DNA from: an uncultured Enterobacteriaceae bacterium
Lineage (GTDB): Bacteria > Pseudomonadota > Gammaproteobacteria > Burkholderiales > SG8-39
Length of the DNA stretch: 54,443 nucleotides
Reading direction: 5' to 3'
NCBI GenBank assembly: GCA_964627075.1
Contig: CAZVHU010000002.1
Coordinates: 1-54,443, forward strand
Shown here: piece by piece, positions 10,479 to 20,776 of the stretch
Numbering within the stretch: the stretch's first letter is position 1
Layout: each line of letters begins with the position of its first letter
Position numbers and translations under genes: made by a program
Notes under the pieces: model-generated
What the model was told of the DNA's origin: nothing
Databases searched by the model: none
The model's input: the letters and a program-made list of their open reading frames with translations, nothing else

Positions 10479-12209
10479 ATGCAGCGCAGACTTGCCGCCA
10501 TCCTGAGCGCCGACGCCGCGGGCTACAGCCGCCTGATGGGCGAGGACGACGTCGCGACCGTGAAGCTCATCTCGACCTGCCGCGCGACGGTGGGCGAGCT
10601 GGCGGCGGCGCACGGCGGCCGCGTGGTGGATTCGCCGGGGGACAACATCCTCGCCGAGTTCGGCAGCGCGATCGACGCGGTACGCGCGGCGCTCGGCATG
10701 CAGGAAAAGCTCGCCGCCTGCAACGCTGCGCTGCCCGAGTCGCGCCGCATGGCGTTCCGCGTCGGCATCAATCTCGGCGACGTCATCGTCGAGGACGGCC
10801 GGCTCTACGGCGACGGCGTCAACATCGCGGCGCGCATCGAGGCGCTCGCCGAGGCAGGCGGCATCTGCATCTCGGGCAAGGTCTACGACGAGGTCGGCCG
10901 CAAGCTCGAGGTGGCGTTCGAGGACCTGGGCGAGCACACGCTGAAGAACATAGCGGCGCCGATGCGGGTCTACCGCGTGCGGCCGCTGAACAGCGCGCCG
11001 GCCGCGCAATCCGGCGAGCTGGCGCGCCCTGCGAAGCCCTCGATCATCGTGCTGCCCTTCACCAACATGAGCGGCATGCCGGACCAGGACCTGTTCGCCG
11101 ACGGCCTGACCGAGGACATCCTCACGGAGTTGTCGCGCTTCCGCGACCTGTTCGTCATCTCGCGCAACACGTCCTTCAAGTACCGCGGCAAGACGGTGGA
11201 GGTGCAGAAGGTGGCGCGCGAGCTGGGCGTGCAGTACGTGCTCGAAGGCAGCGTGCGCCGCGCCGGCAGCCGCGTGCGCGTCACCGCGCAGCTGATCGAC
11301 GGCGAGTCCGACCGCCACCTTTGGGCCGAGCGCTACGACCGCGACATCGAGGACATCTTCGCGCTGCAGGACGAGGTGACGCGGGCGGTGGTGGCGGTGC
11401 TCCCCGGGCGCGTCGAGGCCGCGGCGCGCGACCGCGCCGCGCGCAAGCCGACCGATAACATGGCGGCCTACGAGTGCGTGATCACCGGCAAGGTGCTGCA
11501 CCATCGCTCGACCCCGGCGGACAACCGCGAGGCGCTGCGCCTGGTGACGCGCGCGATCGAGCTCGACCCGAAGTACGCCCACGCGCACGCCTGGCGCGCC
11601 TGCATCCTGGGGCAGCAGTGGATCTACGGCTGGTGCGCGGACATGCTGGCGACCGAAAACGAAATCCAGCGCGAGCTCGACCTGGCGCTCGCGCTGGACG
11701 AAAGCGACAGCGACGTGCACCGGATCCTCGCCGCGATCCACATCACGCGCAACCAGCACGACCAGGCCGCCTACCACCAGGATCGCGCGCTTGCCCTCAA
11801 CCCCAACGACGACCTGATCGTCGTGCAGCAGGGAGAGCTCCTCACCTGGGTCGGGCAGGCCGACGAAGGCAGCGACTGGATCCGCAGGGCGATGCGCCTC
11901 AACCCCTTCCACCCCGAGCGCTTCTGGTCGCACCTGGCGCGCGCCCAATTCGTCGGCCGGCGCTACGACGAGACGCTGCAATCGATGCGCAACGTCAGCG
12001 CCCCGAACCGGCTGCAACGGGCAAACATCGCCGCCACCCATGCGCTCAGGGGCGATGCGGCGGCGGCAGGGACCCTGTTCCGGCAGGTGCTCGCCGAGGA
12101 CCCGCAGTTCAGCATCTGCCGCGACGTCCTGCCGTCGCTTCACTACAAGAAGGACTCCGACCTCGAGCACCACCGCGAGGGCCTGCTCAAGGCGGGCTTC
12201 CCGGAGTAA
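10479..12209 (+). CDS. Class III adenylate/guanylate cyclase with C-terminal TPR region
   Basis: [20 protein letters not shown]...[15 protein letters not shown]...RVGINLGDV...[11 protein letters not shown] cyclase core. A TolB-like linker and TPR-like helices follow. Start set at ATG 10479, not at the spurious long ORF from 9450. Confidence 0.85.
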   Translation: MQRRLAAILSADAAGYSRLMGEDDVATVKLISTCRATVGELAAAHGGRVVDSPGDNILAEFGSAIDAVRAALGMQEKLAACNAALPESRRMAFRVGINLGDVIVEDGRLYGDGVNIAARIEALAEAGGICISGKVYDEVGRKLEVAFEDLGEHTLKNIAAPMRVYRVRPLNSAPAAQSGELARPAKPSIIVLPFTNMSGMPDQDLFADGLTEDILTELSRFRDLFVISRNTSFKYRGKTVEVQKVARELGVQYVLEGSVRRAGSRVRVTAQLIDGESDRHLWAERYDRDIEDIFALQDEVTRAVVAVLPGRVEAAARDRAARKPTDNMAAYECVITGKVLHHRSTPADNREALRLVTRAIELDPKYAHAHAWRACILGQQWIYGWCADMLATENEIQRELDLALALDESDSDVHRILAAIHITRNQHDQAAYHQDRALALNPNDDLIVVQQGELLTWVGQADEGSDWIRRAMRLNPFHPERFWSHLARAQFVGRRYDETLQSMRNVSAPNRLQRANIAATHALRGDAAAAGTLFRQVLAEDPQFSICRDVLPSLHYKKDSDLEHHREGLLKAGFPE

Positions 12210-12260
12210 CTCCGGCCAGGCAGCCTACTCGGGCGGCGCGCCCGGCGGTATCATCGAGGC

Positions 12261-12464
12261 ATGATCCAGGTCACCGTCAACGGCGCCGAGCAGCGCTACG
12301 AGCGGCCGCTCGCCGTCGCCGAGCTGGTCGAGCGCATGGCGCTCGCCGGCCGCAAGATCGCAGTGGAACGAAACGGCGAGATCGTCCCGAAGAGCGCCCA
12401 CGGCTCGACCATGGTGCTCGACGGCGACCGTCTCGAAATCGTCGCAGCGGTAGGAGGCGGCTGA
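12261..12464 (+). CDS. thiS: Sulfur carrier protein ThiS
   Basis: 67 aa, ubiquitin-like, ending ...VAAVGGG. ATGA overlap with thiG. Confidence 0.9.
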   Translation: MIQVTVNGAEQRYERPLAVAELVERMALAGRKIAVERNGEIVPKSAHGSTMVLDGDRLEIVAAVGGG

Positions 12465-13288
12465 TGGCGATCGCGGGAACCAGGGTGGACGACGCGCTGG
12501 GGGTGGCGGGCAGGCGCTACGCCTCGCGCCTGCTCGTCGGCACCGGCAAGTACAAGGACTTCGCCGAGACGCGCGCGGCGATCGAGGCCTCGGGCGCCGA
12601 GATCGTCACGGTCGCCATCCGGCGCACCAACATCGGCCAGGCGAAGGGCGAGCCCTCGCTGCTCGAATTCCTGCCGCCGTCGAAGTTCACCTACCTGCCG
12701 AACACTGCCGGCTGCTACACCGCCCAGGATGCGGTGCGCACGCTGCGCCTGGCAAGAGAACTCCTCGACGGCCATGACCTCGTCAAGCTCGAGGTGCTGG
12801 GCGACCCGCAGTCGCTCTATCCGAACATGCCCGAGACGCTGGTGGCGGCCAAGCAGCTCGTCGCCGAGGGCTTCAAGGTGATGGTCTACTGCTCCGACGA
12901 CCCGATCCAGGCGAAGATGCTCGAGGACCTGGGCTGCGTGGCGGTGATGCCGCTCGCCTCGCTCATCGGCTCGGGGATGGGGATCCTGAACCCGTGGAAC
13001 CTGCAGCTCGTGATCGAGCGCGTGCAGGTGCCGGTGCTGGTGGACGCGGGCGTGGGCACCGCCTCGGATGCGGCAATCGCGATGGAGCTGGGCTGCGACG
13101 GCGTGCTGATGAACACCGCCATCGCCGCCGCCAAGGACCCCGTCATGATGGCGCGCGCGATGAAGAAGGCGGTCGAGGCCGGGCGCGAAGCCTTCCTCGC
13201 CGGCCGCATGCCGAAGAAGCTCTACTCCGCCACGCCTTCCTCTCCGACCGAAGGCAGGATCGCCCCGTCGCAGCCCAAGGCGGCCTGA
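12464..13288 (+). CDS. thiG: Thiazole synthase ThiG
   Basis: [10 protein letters not shown]...VTVAIRR...LPNTAGC...KLEV...[11 protein letters not shown]...[13 protein letters not shown]...GVLMNTAIA, canonical ThiG. Confidence 0.95.
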   Translation: MAIAGTRVDDALGVAGRRYASRLLVGTGKYKDFAETRAAIEASGAEIVTVAIRRTNIGQAKGEPSLLEFLPPSKFTYLPNTAGCYTAQDAVRTLRLARELLDGHDLVKLEVLGDPQSLYPNMPETLVAAKQLVAEGFKVMVYCSDDPIQAKMLEDLGCVAVMPLASLIGSGMGILNPWNLQLVIERVQVPVLVDAGVGTASDAAIAMELGCDGVLMNTAIAAAKDPVMMARAMKKAVEAGREAFLAGRMPKKLYSATPSSPTEGRIAPSQPKAA

Positions 13289-13296
13289 GCCTGCGC

Positions 13297-13992
13297 TTGA
13301 CGCAGGCGCCTCGTTCCGGCCGGCCCATCCGGAGCTACGTGCTCCGCCAGGGGCGCCTCACTCCGGCGCAGCAGCGCGCGCTCGCCGAGCTCTCGGGGCG
13401 CTACGCGATACCCTTCGCCGACGCGCCGCTCGACCCGCTCGCGATCTTCGGGCGCAGGGCGCCGCTCGTGCTCGAGATCGGTTCCGGCATGGGCGAGACC
13501 ACCGCCGCGGTCGCAAAGGCGAACCCGGAGACGGACTTCATCGCGATCGAAGTGCACGCGCCCGGCGTAGGGAGCCTGCTCAAGCGCATCGCGGCGGACG
13601 CGCTCGCCAACCTGCGCGTCATCCGGCACGACGCGGTCGAGGTGCTCGAGCGCATGGTCCCGGACGGAACGCTCGCCGCGATCCACCTCTTTTTTCCCGA
13701 CCCCTGGCCGAAGAAGCGCCACCACAAGCGGCGCCTGGTGCAGCCGGCGTTCGCCGCGCTCGCCGCGCGCAAGCTTGCGCCCGGCGGGCTGCTGCACGCC
13801 GCCACCGACTGGCAGGACTACGCCGAGCAGATGCTCGCGGTGCTCTCGGCCGAGCCGCTGCTCGAGAATACCGCCGGCGCCTTCGCGCCTCGCGCCGCGA
13901 GCCGGCCGCTCACGAAGTTCGAGCGACGCGGCGTGGGCCTCGGCCACGCGGTGCGCGATCTCGTGTTTCGCAGGCGCCCGAGCCGCGTGTAG
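13297..13992 (+). CDS. trmB: tRNA (guanine-N7)-methyltransferase TrmB
   Basis: [11 protein letters not shown]...IAIEVH...[16 protein letters not shown]...TDWQDYAE motifs. No ATG in frame; TTG 13297 (or CTG 13291) assumed. Confidence 0.85.
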   Translation: MTQAPRSGRPIRSYVLRQGRLTPAQQRALAELSGRYAIPFADAPLDPLAIFGRRAPLVLEIGSGMGETTAAVAKANPETDFIAIEVHAPGVGSLLKRIAADALANLRVIRHDAVEVLERMVPDGTLAAIHLFFPDPWPKKRHHKRRLVQPAFAALAARKLAPGGLLHAATDWQDYAEQMLAVLSAEPLLENTAGAFAPRAASRPLTKFERRGVGLGHAVRDLVFRRRPSRV

Positions 13993-14000
13993 AGTCGCGC

Positions 14001-14160
14001 ATGCGCTGCGCGCAGTGCCGCCACGACAATCCGCCGCAGTCGAGGTTCTGCGCCGAGTGCGGCGCGCGGGCTGCTCGCTCCGTTACACGGCTGGTTCACC
14101 GAGGGCTTCGACACCGCCGACCTGCGCGCCGCGAAGGCGCTGCTCGAGGAACTGGCGTAG
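14001..14160 (+). pseudogene. Collapsed relic of a large zinc-ribbon/cyclase-ATPase-TPR signalling protein (N-terminal 23 aa joined out of frame to the last ~31 aa)
   Basis: Frame 0 reads [23 protein letters not shown] (zinc-ribbon N-terminus). The +1 frame from ~14065 reads [31 protein letters not shown]-stop, the tail motif I associate with that family. Confidence 0.5.
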
Positions 14161-14178
14161 CGGCGGCGCCAGGAGAGC

Positions 14179-14205
14179 AAAGTGTAAAGTCTGACTTTAC
14201 ACTTT
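14179..14205. repeat. AT-rich perfect palindrome, copy 1 (AAAGTGTAAAGT-CTG-ACTTTACACTTT); probable bidirectional terminator-like element
   Basis: 12-nt arms with a 3-nt loop. It contains the hemW stop codon. Its core is identical to the palindrome at 31945..31967. Confidence 0.7.
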
Positions 14206-15396
14206 GCCGCCCTGCGGCGGCAGGAAGAGCTGCTGCAGGTCGTTCAAGAACCGCCGCCCGCGGTCGGACGGACGGATGCGCTCGACGCCGCGTTCGACCA
14301 GCCCCTTTGCTTCCGCCGCGCGCAAGCCCGGCTCGAGCGCGGCGCCCGGCAGCCCGGTACGCGCGGCGAAGAGCTGCGGCGCGAAGCCTTCCACCAGGCG
14401 CGCGGCGTTCAGCATGAACTCGAACGGCAGCTCGCGGGGAGCGACGGTGCGCGCCTCCGCGAGCGACCCGCCGCCCTGCGCTGCCTGCAAGTAGTCGCGC
14501 GGCTGCTTGATGCGCGCATGGCGCGTCACGCGGTCGGCGAAGCTCAGCTTGCCGTGGGCGCCCGCGCCGAGGCCGAGATAGTCGCCGAACTCCCAGTAAT
14601 TGAGGTTGTGGCGCGAGCGCCGCCCGGGGCGCGCGAAGGCGGAAATTTCGTAGTGCCCGAAGCCTGCTGCGCCGAGCGATGCCTCGACCATCTCCTGCAT
14701 GTCGGCGCACAGGTCGTGCCCGGGAAGCCGCGGGCGCTTCGACCAGAACACGGTGTTGGGCTCGATCGCGAGCTGGTAGGCCGATACATGAGCCGGTGCG
14801 TGGCGCACCACCTCTTCGATATCGGCGCGCGCCATCTCGAGCGTCTGCCCGGGGAGCCCGTACATCAGGTCGAGGTTGACGTTGTCGAAGCTCGCCTGCG
14901 CGATCTCGATCGCGCGCCGCGCCTCGCCGGCGCCGTGGATCCGCCCGAGCGCCTTGAGCATCGCGTCATCGAAGCTCTGCACGCCGAGCGACAGGCGGTC
15001 CACGCCCGCCTCGCGGTAGCCGCGAAAGCGCCCGGCTTCCACAGTCCCCGGATTCGCCTCGAGCGTCACCTCGGCATCGGGCTCGAGCGCAATCCGGGCG
15101 CGCGCTTCCGACAGCAGCCGGTCGATCGCCTCAGGCGGAAACAGGCTCGGCGTGCCGCCGCCGATGAATACGCTCGCAAGCCGCCGCCCCCACACCTGCG
15201 GCAGCATGGCCTCGAGGTCGGCGACGAGCGCATCGATGTATTCGCGGTGCGGGACCTCGCCCGCCGCCTCGTGCGAGTTGAAGTCGCAGTAGGGGCACTT
15301 GCGCACGCACCACGGCAGGTGCACGTAGAGCGCGAGCGGCGGCAGCGCCTCGAAGCGCACCTCCGTGGGCAGCGCGATGCGCGCCACTTCGCTCAT
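14197..15396 (-). CDS. hemW: Radical SAM heme chaperone HemW (HemN-like, oxygen-independent coproporphyrinogen oxidase family)
   Basis: LYVHLPWCVRKCPYCDFNS radical SAM motif, GGGTPS and an HemN C-terminal domain. ATGA overlap with the rdgB stop. Confidence 0.9.
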   Translation of the reverse strand: MSEVARIALPTEVRFEALPPLALYVHLPWCVRKCPYCDFNSHEAAGEVPHREYIDALVADLEAMLPQVWGRRLASVFIGGGTPSLFPPEAIDRLLSEARARIALEPDAEVTLEANPGTVEAGRFRGYREAGVDRLSLGVQSFDDAMLKALGRIHGAGEARRAIEIAQASFDNVNLDLMYGLPGQTLEMARADIEEVVRHAPAHVSAYQLAIEPNTVFWSKRPRLPGHDLCADMQEMVEASLGAAGFGHYEISAFARPGRRSRHNLNYWEFGDYLGLGAGAHGKLSFADRVTRHARIKQPRDYLQAAQGGGSLAEARTVAPRELPFEFMLNAARLVEGFAPQLFAARTGLPGAALEPGLRAAEAKGLVERGVERIRPSDRGRRFLNDLQQLFLPPQGGKV

Positions 15397-16001
15397 GCGA
15401 GGCCGTCCTGCTTCAAGCGCTCGATGAGCCGCGCGAGCGCCTGGCCGCGATGGCTGATGCGGTTCTTCTCCTCGGGCGCAAGCTCGGCGGCGGTGAGATT
15501 GCGTCCGGGCAGGAGAAACAGCGGGTCGTAGCCGAAGCCGTTGGCGCCGCGCGGCGCGGCGGCGATAGCGCCGTGCCAGCGCCCCTCCGCCACCAGCGGC
15601 TCGGGGTCGTCGGGCCGGCGCACCAGCACCATGACGCAGGTGTAGTGGGCGCTGCGGTCGGCGTGCGGCGCGAGCCCGGCGAGCAGCCGCGCGTTGTTGC
15701 GCGCGTCGCGCGCCTCGCGCTCGCCCTCGCGCCCGGCATAGTACGCGGAGTGCACCCCAGGCTCGCCGCCGAGCGCCGCCACGCAAAGCCCCGAGTCGTC
15801 GGCGAGCGCGGGCAGCCCGCAGGCTTGGCTCACGTGGCGCGCCTTGGCGAGCGCGTTCTCGAGGAACGTCTGGTGCGGCTCCTCGGCCTCGTGGATGCCG
15901 AGCGCCGCCTGCGACAGCACTTCCAGGTCGAGCGGCGCGAGCAGCGCGCGGATCTCGCGCAGCTTGCCCGGGTTGTAGGTAGCGAGGACGAGCTTGTTCA
16001 A
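15393..16001 (-). CDS. rdgB: dITP/XTP pyrophosphatase RdgB
   Basis: [14 protein letters not shown]...[16 protein letters not shown]...ADDSGL...GFGYDPLF...ISHRG. TTG start overlapping the rph stop (TTGA). Confidence 0.9.
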   Translation of the reverse strand: MNKLVLATYNPGKLREIRALLAPLDLEVLSQAALGIHEAEEPHQTFLENALAKARHVSQACGLPALADDSGLCVAALGGEPGVHSAYYAGREGEREARDARNNARLLAGLAPHADRSAHYTCVMVLVRRPDDPEPLVAEGRWHGAIAAAPRGANGFGYDPLFLLPGRNLTAAELAPEEKNRISHRGQALARLIERLKQDGLA

Positions 16002-16735
16002 GCCGTGCTGATTCCGAGCGCGCGGCGCTGGTGCGCCACCAGCTCGCCGATGCCGCGCTCGGCGAGCGCGAGCAGCGCGTCCATGTCGGCGCGCGCGAAC
16101 GGCGCGCCCTCGGCGGTGCCCTGCACCTCCACGAACCGCCCCGAGCCGGTCATCACCACGTTCATGTCGGTGTCGCAGGCGGCGTCCTCGGCGTAGTCGA
16201 GGTCGAGCACCGGCACGCCCCTGTACAGGCCCACCGAGACTGCGGCGACATGGTCGCGCAGCGGCAGCGCCGCGATCATGCCCTGGGCGAGCATCCACGA
16301 AAGCGCGTCGTGCAGCGCCACGAACGCCCCGGTGATCGCCGCCGTGCGCGTGCCGCCATCGGCCTGCAGCACGTCGCAGTCCATCTGCACGGTGCGCTCG
16401 CCCAGCCCCTTCATGTCCACCACCGCGCGCAGCGCGCGGCCGATGAGGCGCTGGATCTCCTGCGTGCGCCCCGATTGCTTGCCGCGCGCGGCCTCGCGCT
16501 CGCTGCGCGTGTTGGTGGCGCGCGGCAGCATGCCGTACTCGGCCGTCACCCAGCCCTGCCCCTTGTCCTTGAGGAAGGGCGGAACGCCCGCGATGACGCT
16601 CGCGGTGCACAGCACGCGCGTGTCGCCGAACTCGATGAGCACCGAGCCCTCGGCGTGGCGCGTGAAGCCGCGCGCAATGCGCACGGCGCGCAATTGTTCC
16701 GGCTTCCTGCCGCTCGGCCGCGATTCGTTGCGCAT
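15998..16735 (-). CDS. rph: Ribonuclease PH
   Basis: [11 protein letters not shown]...[20 protein letters not shown]...[16 protein letters not shown]...[19 protein letters not shown], canonical RNase PH. Confidence 0.95.
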   Translation of the reverse strand: MRNESRPSGRKPEQLRAVRIARGFTRHAEGSVLIEFGDTRVLCTASVIAGVPPFLKDKGQGWVTAEYGMLPRATNTRSEREAARGKQSGRTQEIQRLIGRALRAVVDMKGLGERTVQMDCDVLQADGGTRTAAITGAFVALHDALSWMLAQGMIAALPLRDHVAAVSVGLYRGVPVLDLDYAEDAACDTDMNVVMTGSGRFVEVQGTAEGAPFARADMDALLALAERGIGELVAHQRRALGISTA

Positions 16736-16755
16736 GGTGTCGGTTATGATAAAGG

Positions 16756-17622
16756 ATGATCCACAGCATGACCGGCTACGCCGTCGCGAGCGCCGACACC
16801 GCGCGCGGCGCGCTCGCGCTCGAGCTGCGCTCGGTCAACTCGCGGTTCCTGGATGTGCAATTCCGCATCGGCGACGAGTTGCGGGCGGTCGAGCCCGCGC
16901 TGCGCGAGCGCATCGTGGCACGGCTCGCGCGTGGCAAGGTCGACTGCCGCCTCGCCTACGCGGCAGGCGGCGCCGCGCAGGCGCCCCGCACGCTCAATGC
17001 CGAGGCGATCGCGACCTTGAGGACCCTAGCCGCAGAGGCGCGCGCCGCGTTCCCCGACGCCGCGCCGCTGCGCGTCGCCGACGTGCTGCGCTGGCCAGGA
17101 GTGCTTGCTGAGCCCGCAGCGGACGACGAAGGCACGCGCTCGCTCGCGCTGCGGCTTGCCGAGCGCGCGCTGGACGAGCTGTGCGCGACGCGCGCAAGGG
17201 AGGGCGAGAAGCTCGCCGCGAGCGTGCGCGCGCGCGTGGCCGAGATGCGCGAGCGCCTGGCGCAGGTGGCGCCGCTCGTGCCGGCGGCGGTCGCCGCCTA
17301 CCAGGCGCGGATCGCGGAGCGGCTGCGCGAGGCGCTCGGCAGCGCGGACGACGACCGGGTGCGCGCCGAGATCGCGGTCTACGCCGCGAAATCCGACGTT
17401 GACGAGGAGCTGACGCGCTTCGCGGCGCACCTCGACGAAGTCGAGCGCGTGCTCGCCAGGGGCGGCGCCGCCGGCAAGCGCCTGGATTTCCTCGCCCAGG
17501 AGCTCAACCGCGAGGCGAACACCCTTGCCTCCAAGGCCGCGGGCCTGGCGATCGCCGATTGCGCGCTGGAACTCAAGTTGCTGGTCGAGCAAGTGAGAGA
17601 ACAGGTGCAGAACATCGAATGA
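16756..17622 (+). CDS. yicC: YicC family stress-induced protein
   Basis: MIHSMTGYA...[11 protein letters not shown]...[11 protein letters not shown]......[21 protein letters not shown], canonical YicC N- and C-domains. Confidence 0.9.
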   Translation: MIHSMTGYAVASADTARGALALELRSVNSRFLDVQFRIGDELRAVEPALRERIVARLARGKVDCRLAYAAGGAAQAPRTLNAEAIATLRTLAAEARAAFPDAAPLRVADVLRWPGVLAEPAADDEGTRSLALRLAERALDELCATRAREGEKLAASVRARVAEMRERLAQVAPLVPAAVAAYQARIAERLREALGSADDDRVRAEIAVYAAKSDVDEELTRFAAHLDEVERVLARGGAAGKRLDFLAQELNREANTLASKAAGLAIADCALELKLLVEQVREQVQNIE

Positions 17623-17645
17623 GACAGCGGATACTTGCCGTGCAC

Positions 17646-17717
17646 GGGGGGTGCGGGGGGGCCGGGAAGGCCCCGGGCGTTTCTGCCGGACGGGGCCCGG
17701 CCCCCCTGCTCCGATGA
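17646..17717 (+). repeat. GC-rich hairpin element, copy A, ending on the gmk ATG
   Basis: ~72 nt and ~90% identical (7 mismatches by hand alignment) to the reverse complement of 36541..36612. 11-bp perfect stem GGGGGGCCGGG/CCCGGCCCCCC plus inner pairs. The 3' flank is CTGCTCCGATGA. Confidence 0.8.
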
Positions 17718-18322
17718 ACGGGCTTCTTTTCATCGTCACCGCGCCCTCCGGTGCGGGCAAGAGCTCGCTGATCGAGGCGCTGCTCAAGGACGACCCCTCG
17801 CTCACGCTGTCGGTGTCCTACACCACGCGCGCCCCGCGCGCAGGCGAGGCCAACGGTCGCGAGTACCACTTCGTGGACGAACCGACCTTCCTCGCCATGC
17901 TCGGGCGCGGCGAGTTCCTCGAGAGCGCGCTGGTGCACGGCAACCGCTACGGCACCTCGCACAAGGTGATCCGTGACACGCTCGAGCGCGGCCGCGACCT
18001 CGTCCTGGAGATCGACTGGCAGGGCGCGCAGCAGGTGCGAAACCTGGTGCCCGGCGCGATCGGCATCTTCATCCTGCCGCCGTCGCTGCAAGAGCTCGAG
18101 CGCCGGCTGCGCGGGCGCGGCAAGGACTCCGAGGAGGTGATCCGCCAGCGCCTGGCGAACGCGAGCGAGGAGATGGAGCACGCGGTCGAGTTCGAATATG
18201 CTATTATTAATAAGGAGTTCGATGAGGCGCGGCGCGATCTCGCCGCGGTCATCCGGGCCGAGCGCGCGCGCAGCGCGCGCCAGCTCGAAAGCCACCCTGA
18301 ACTTTTCCGCAAGAGACCCTGA
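17714..18322 (+). CDS. gmk: Guanylate kinase
   Basis: [16 protein letters not shown]-loop, [26 protein letters not shown]. Confidence 0.95.
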   Translation: MNGLLFIVTAPSGAGKSSLIEALLKDDPSLTLSVSYTTRAPRAGEANGREYHFVDEPTFLAMLGRGEFLESALVHGNRYGTSHKVIRDTLERGRDLVLEIDWQGAQQVRNLVPGAIGIFILPPSLQELERRLRGRGKDSEEVIRQRLANASEEMEHAVEFEYAIINKEFDEARRDLAAVIRAERARSARQLESHPELFRKRP

Positions 18323-18324
18323 CC

Positions 18325-18591
18325 ATGGCGCGCATCACCGTTGACGACTGCCTGAAGAGAATCCCGAACCGCTTCCAGCTCACGCTCGCCGCGACCTATC
18401 GCGCGCGCCAGCTCGGCGCCGGCGCATCGCCCTTGCTCGAGCCCAACCGCGACAAGCACACCGTGATCGCGCTGCGCGAGATCGCCAGCGGCAAGATCGG
18501 CACCGAGGTGCTGCGGCGCAATCCGACGCCGCCGGTGGCGGCCGCCGCGCCGTCGGCTCCCCCCGCGCCGCCGGCCACGCCCACGCCGTAA
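18325..18591 (+). CDS. rpoZ: DNA-directed RNA polymerase subunit omega
   Basis: [30 protein letters not shown]... canonical RpoZ; gmk-rpoZ-spoT synteny. Confidence 0.95.
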   Translation: MARITVDDCLKRIPNRFQLTLAATYRARQLGAGASPLLEPNRDKHTVIALREIASGKIGTEVLRRNPTPPVAAAAPSAPPAPPATPTP

Positions 18592-18635
18592 GGCGCGTTT
18601 GCCGGGCGCGGGGCCCGAGGCACTAAACTCCCCGC

Positions 18636-20759
18636 ATGGCCGCAGTCACCGCCCTCGACGACAGCCGTTTCGGCTACCTGAAGCCGGGCGACGTCGCGCG
18701 CCTGGCGGAGGCCTACCGTTTTTCCGACGCCGCGCACGCCGGGCAGACGCGCCAGTCGGGGGATCCCTACATCTCGCACCCGCTGGCGGTGGCCGGGATC
18801 CTCGCCGAGTGGCACCTCGACAGCCAGGCGCTGATGGCGGCGCTGCTGCACGACGTGATGGAGGACACGTCCGTCACCAAGGATGAGCTCTCCGACACCT
18901 TCGGCAAGCCGGTGGCAGACCTGGTGGACGGCGTCTCCAAGCTCGACAAGATCGAGTTCCAGTCGGCCGAGGACGCGCAGGCCGAGAATTTCCGCAAGAT
19001 GCTGCTCGCGATGGCGCGCGACGTGCGCGTCATCCTGATCAAGCTCGCCGACCGGCTGCACAACATGCGCACGCTCGAGGCTGTGGCGCCCGCCAAGCGC
19101 CGGCGCGTGGCGCGCGAGACGATGGAGATCTACGCCCCGATCGCCAACCGGCTTGGCCTCAACGCCCTGTTCCACGAGCTGCAGGAACTGGCCTTCTCGC
19201 ACCTCTATCCCCTGCGCTACCGGGTGCTCGCGCGCGCCACGCGCGCCGCGCGCGGCAACCGGCGCGAGGTGGTGGGCAAGATCGAGGCGGCGATCAAGGC
19301 GCGCCTTGCCGAGGGCGGCGTCGCGGCGGGCGTAAGCGGGCGGGAGAAGCACGTGTATTCGATCTACCGCAAGATGATCGAGAAGCACCTGTCGTTCGCG
19401 GAGGTGCACGACATCTACGGCTTTCGCGTGGTGGTGAAGGACACGCCCACCTGCTACGTGGCGCTCGGGCTGCTGCACGGCCTGTACAAGCCGGTGCCGG
19501 GCAAGTTCAAGGACTACATCGCGATCCCGAAGGCGAACGGCTACCAGTCGCTGCACACCGCGCTCATCGGCCCCTATGGCGTGCCGGTCGAGGTGCAGGT
19601 GCGCACCGAGGAGATGCACCGCCTGGCGGAGGCCGGGGTCGCCTCGCACTGGATGTACAAGACCGACGCCGAGTCCTACTCCGAGCTGCAGAAGAAGACC
19701 CACCAGTGGCTGCAGTCGCTGCTCGAGATCCAGAGCCAGTCGGGCGACTCGCACGAGTTCCTCGAGCACGTCAAGGTGGACCTGTTCCCGGACGAGGTCT
19801 ACGTGTTCACGCCCAAGGGCCGGATCCTGTCGCTGCCGCGCGGCGCCACCGCGGTGGACTTCGCCTACCTCGTGCACACCGACATCGGCAACCGCTGCGT
19901 CGCCGCCAAGGTGAACGGCGACCTCGTGCCGCTGCGCACCGAGCTGCGCAACGGCGACCGCGTCGAGATCATCACCACCGGGCACGCCAAGCCCAACCCG
20001 GCGTGGCTGCAGTACGTGCGCACCGCCAAGGCGCGCTCCAACATCCGGCACTTCCTGAAGACCATGCAATACCAGGAGTCGGCGGCGCTCGGCGAGCGGC
20101 TGCTCGAGCAGGCGCTCAAGGCCGCCGGCCATTCGGGAAGCGAGATCGACGAAGCGAGCTGGGAGCGCGTGGTGCGCGACTCCGGCGCGCGCTCGCGCCA
20201 GGAGGTGCTCGCGGACATCGGCCTGGGCAAGCGCCTGCCGGCGGTGGCGGCGCGCCAGCTGCTGCGGCACGCCGAGCGCGAGGAGGCGAAGGGCGGGGCG
20301 CGCGCAGCGGGAGGCGCGGTGACGATCCGCGGCACCGAAGGCATGGCGGTGCAGCTCGCCACCTGCTGCCGGCCGATTCCCGGCGACAGCATCGTGGGCT
20401 CGATGAAGAAGGGCCAGGGCCTCGTGGTGCACGCCGCCGACTGCCGCCAGATCGCGCGCTCGCGGCGCAACCAGCCCGACCAGTGGCTCGACGTCGAGTG
20501 GGATCCCTCGGGCACGCGCCTTTACCAGGCGGCGATCAAGGTGATGGTCGCCAACCAGCGCGGCGTGCTCGCCAAGGTCGCCTCCAGCATCGCAGAGGCC
20601 GGCTCCAACATCGACTCGATCAGCATGGAGGACGACCGCTCGGTCTACACCACGATGCTCTTCGTGCTGGAGGTGGGCAACCGCGCGCACCTCGCGCGCG
20701 TCATGCGCGCGCTCAGGCGCCTATCGGAAGTGCAGAAGCTCGCGCGCGTGCGCGAGTAG
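18636..20759 (+). CDS. spoT: Bifunctional (p)ppGpp synthetase/hydrolase (RelA/SpoT homologue)
   Basis: HD hydrolase motifs (ISHPLAVA, LLHDVMEDT), a synthetase core (YRKM, GFRVVVKD, GYQSLHT) and TGS and ACT-like C-terminal domains. Confidence 0.9.
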   Translation: MAAVTALDDSRFGYLKPGDVARLAEAYRFSDAAHAGQTRQSGDPYISHPLAVAGILAEWHLDSQALMAALLHDVMEDTSVTKDELSDTFGKPVADLVDGVSKLDKIEFQSAEDAQAENFRKMLLAMARDVRVILIKLADRLHNMRTLEAVAPAKRRRVARETMEIYAPIANRLGLNALFHELQELAFSHLYPLRYRVLARATRAARGNRREVVGKIEAAIKARLAEGGVAAGVSGREKHVYSIYRKMIEKHLSFAEVHDIYGFRVVVKDTPTCYVALGLLHGLYKPVPGKFKDYIAIPKANGYQSLHTALIGPYGVPVEVQVRTEEMHRLAEAGVASHWMYKTDAESYSELQKKTHQWLQSLLEIQSQSGDSHEFLEHVKVDLFPDEVYVFTPKGRILSLPRGATAVDFAYLVHTDIGNRCVAAKVNGDLVPLRTELRNGDRVEIITTGHAKPNPAWLQYVRTAKARSNIRHFLKTMQYQESAALGERLLEQALKAAGHSGSEIDEASWERVVRDSGARSRQEVLADIGLGKRLPAVAARQLLRHAEREEAKGGARAAGGAVTIRGTEGMAVQLATCCRPIPGDSIVGSMKKGQGLVVHAADCRQIARSRRNQPDQWLDVEWDPSGTRLYQAAIKVMVANQRGVLAKVASSIAEAGSNIDSISMEDDRSVYTTMLFVLEVGNRAHLARVMRALRRLSEVQKLARVRE

Positions 20760-20776
20760 CCTCCCGCGCCGCCGCG

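Noticed and set aside
12210-12260. Possible TPP riboswitch upstream of thiS-thiG.
   Set aside because: Only ~50 nt of spacer, with none of the conserved TPP-riboswitch core (no CUGAGA-type element). Too short for the aptamer.
14183-14201. Resemblance of the palindrome TGTAAA-N7-TTTACA to a TyrR box.
   Set aside because: The TyrR consensus has a 6-nt spacer and this one has 7. Both copies sit at gene 3' ends rather than upstream of aromatic amino-acid genes.
17651-17713. 21-codon N-terminal extensions (MRGGREGP...GPGPPAPM) on gmk and tolQ suggested by the longest-ORF track.
   Set aside because: Both extensions are the same repeated GC-rich hairpin element that happens to carry an in-frame GTG. 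Gmk and TolQ homologues start at the internal ATG, and a Gly/Pro/Arg leader is implausible on TolQ. Treated as a non-coding repeat; the peptide alternative is listed as the refutation test.
18396-20690. Very long antisense or overlapping ORFs. Examples: 256..1566 (-), 2376..4127 (-), 4508..6523 (-), 18396..20690 (-), 19706..22363 (+), 26798..29218 (+), 33170..34780 (+), 49723..51996 (+).
   Set aside because: The translations are low-complexity Arg/Ala/Gly/Pro/His strings with no motifs. Each lies opposite or out of frame to a gene with unmistakable family signatures. Such open frames are expected in very GC-rich DNA.
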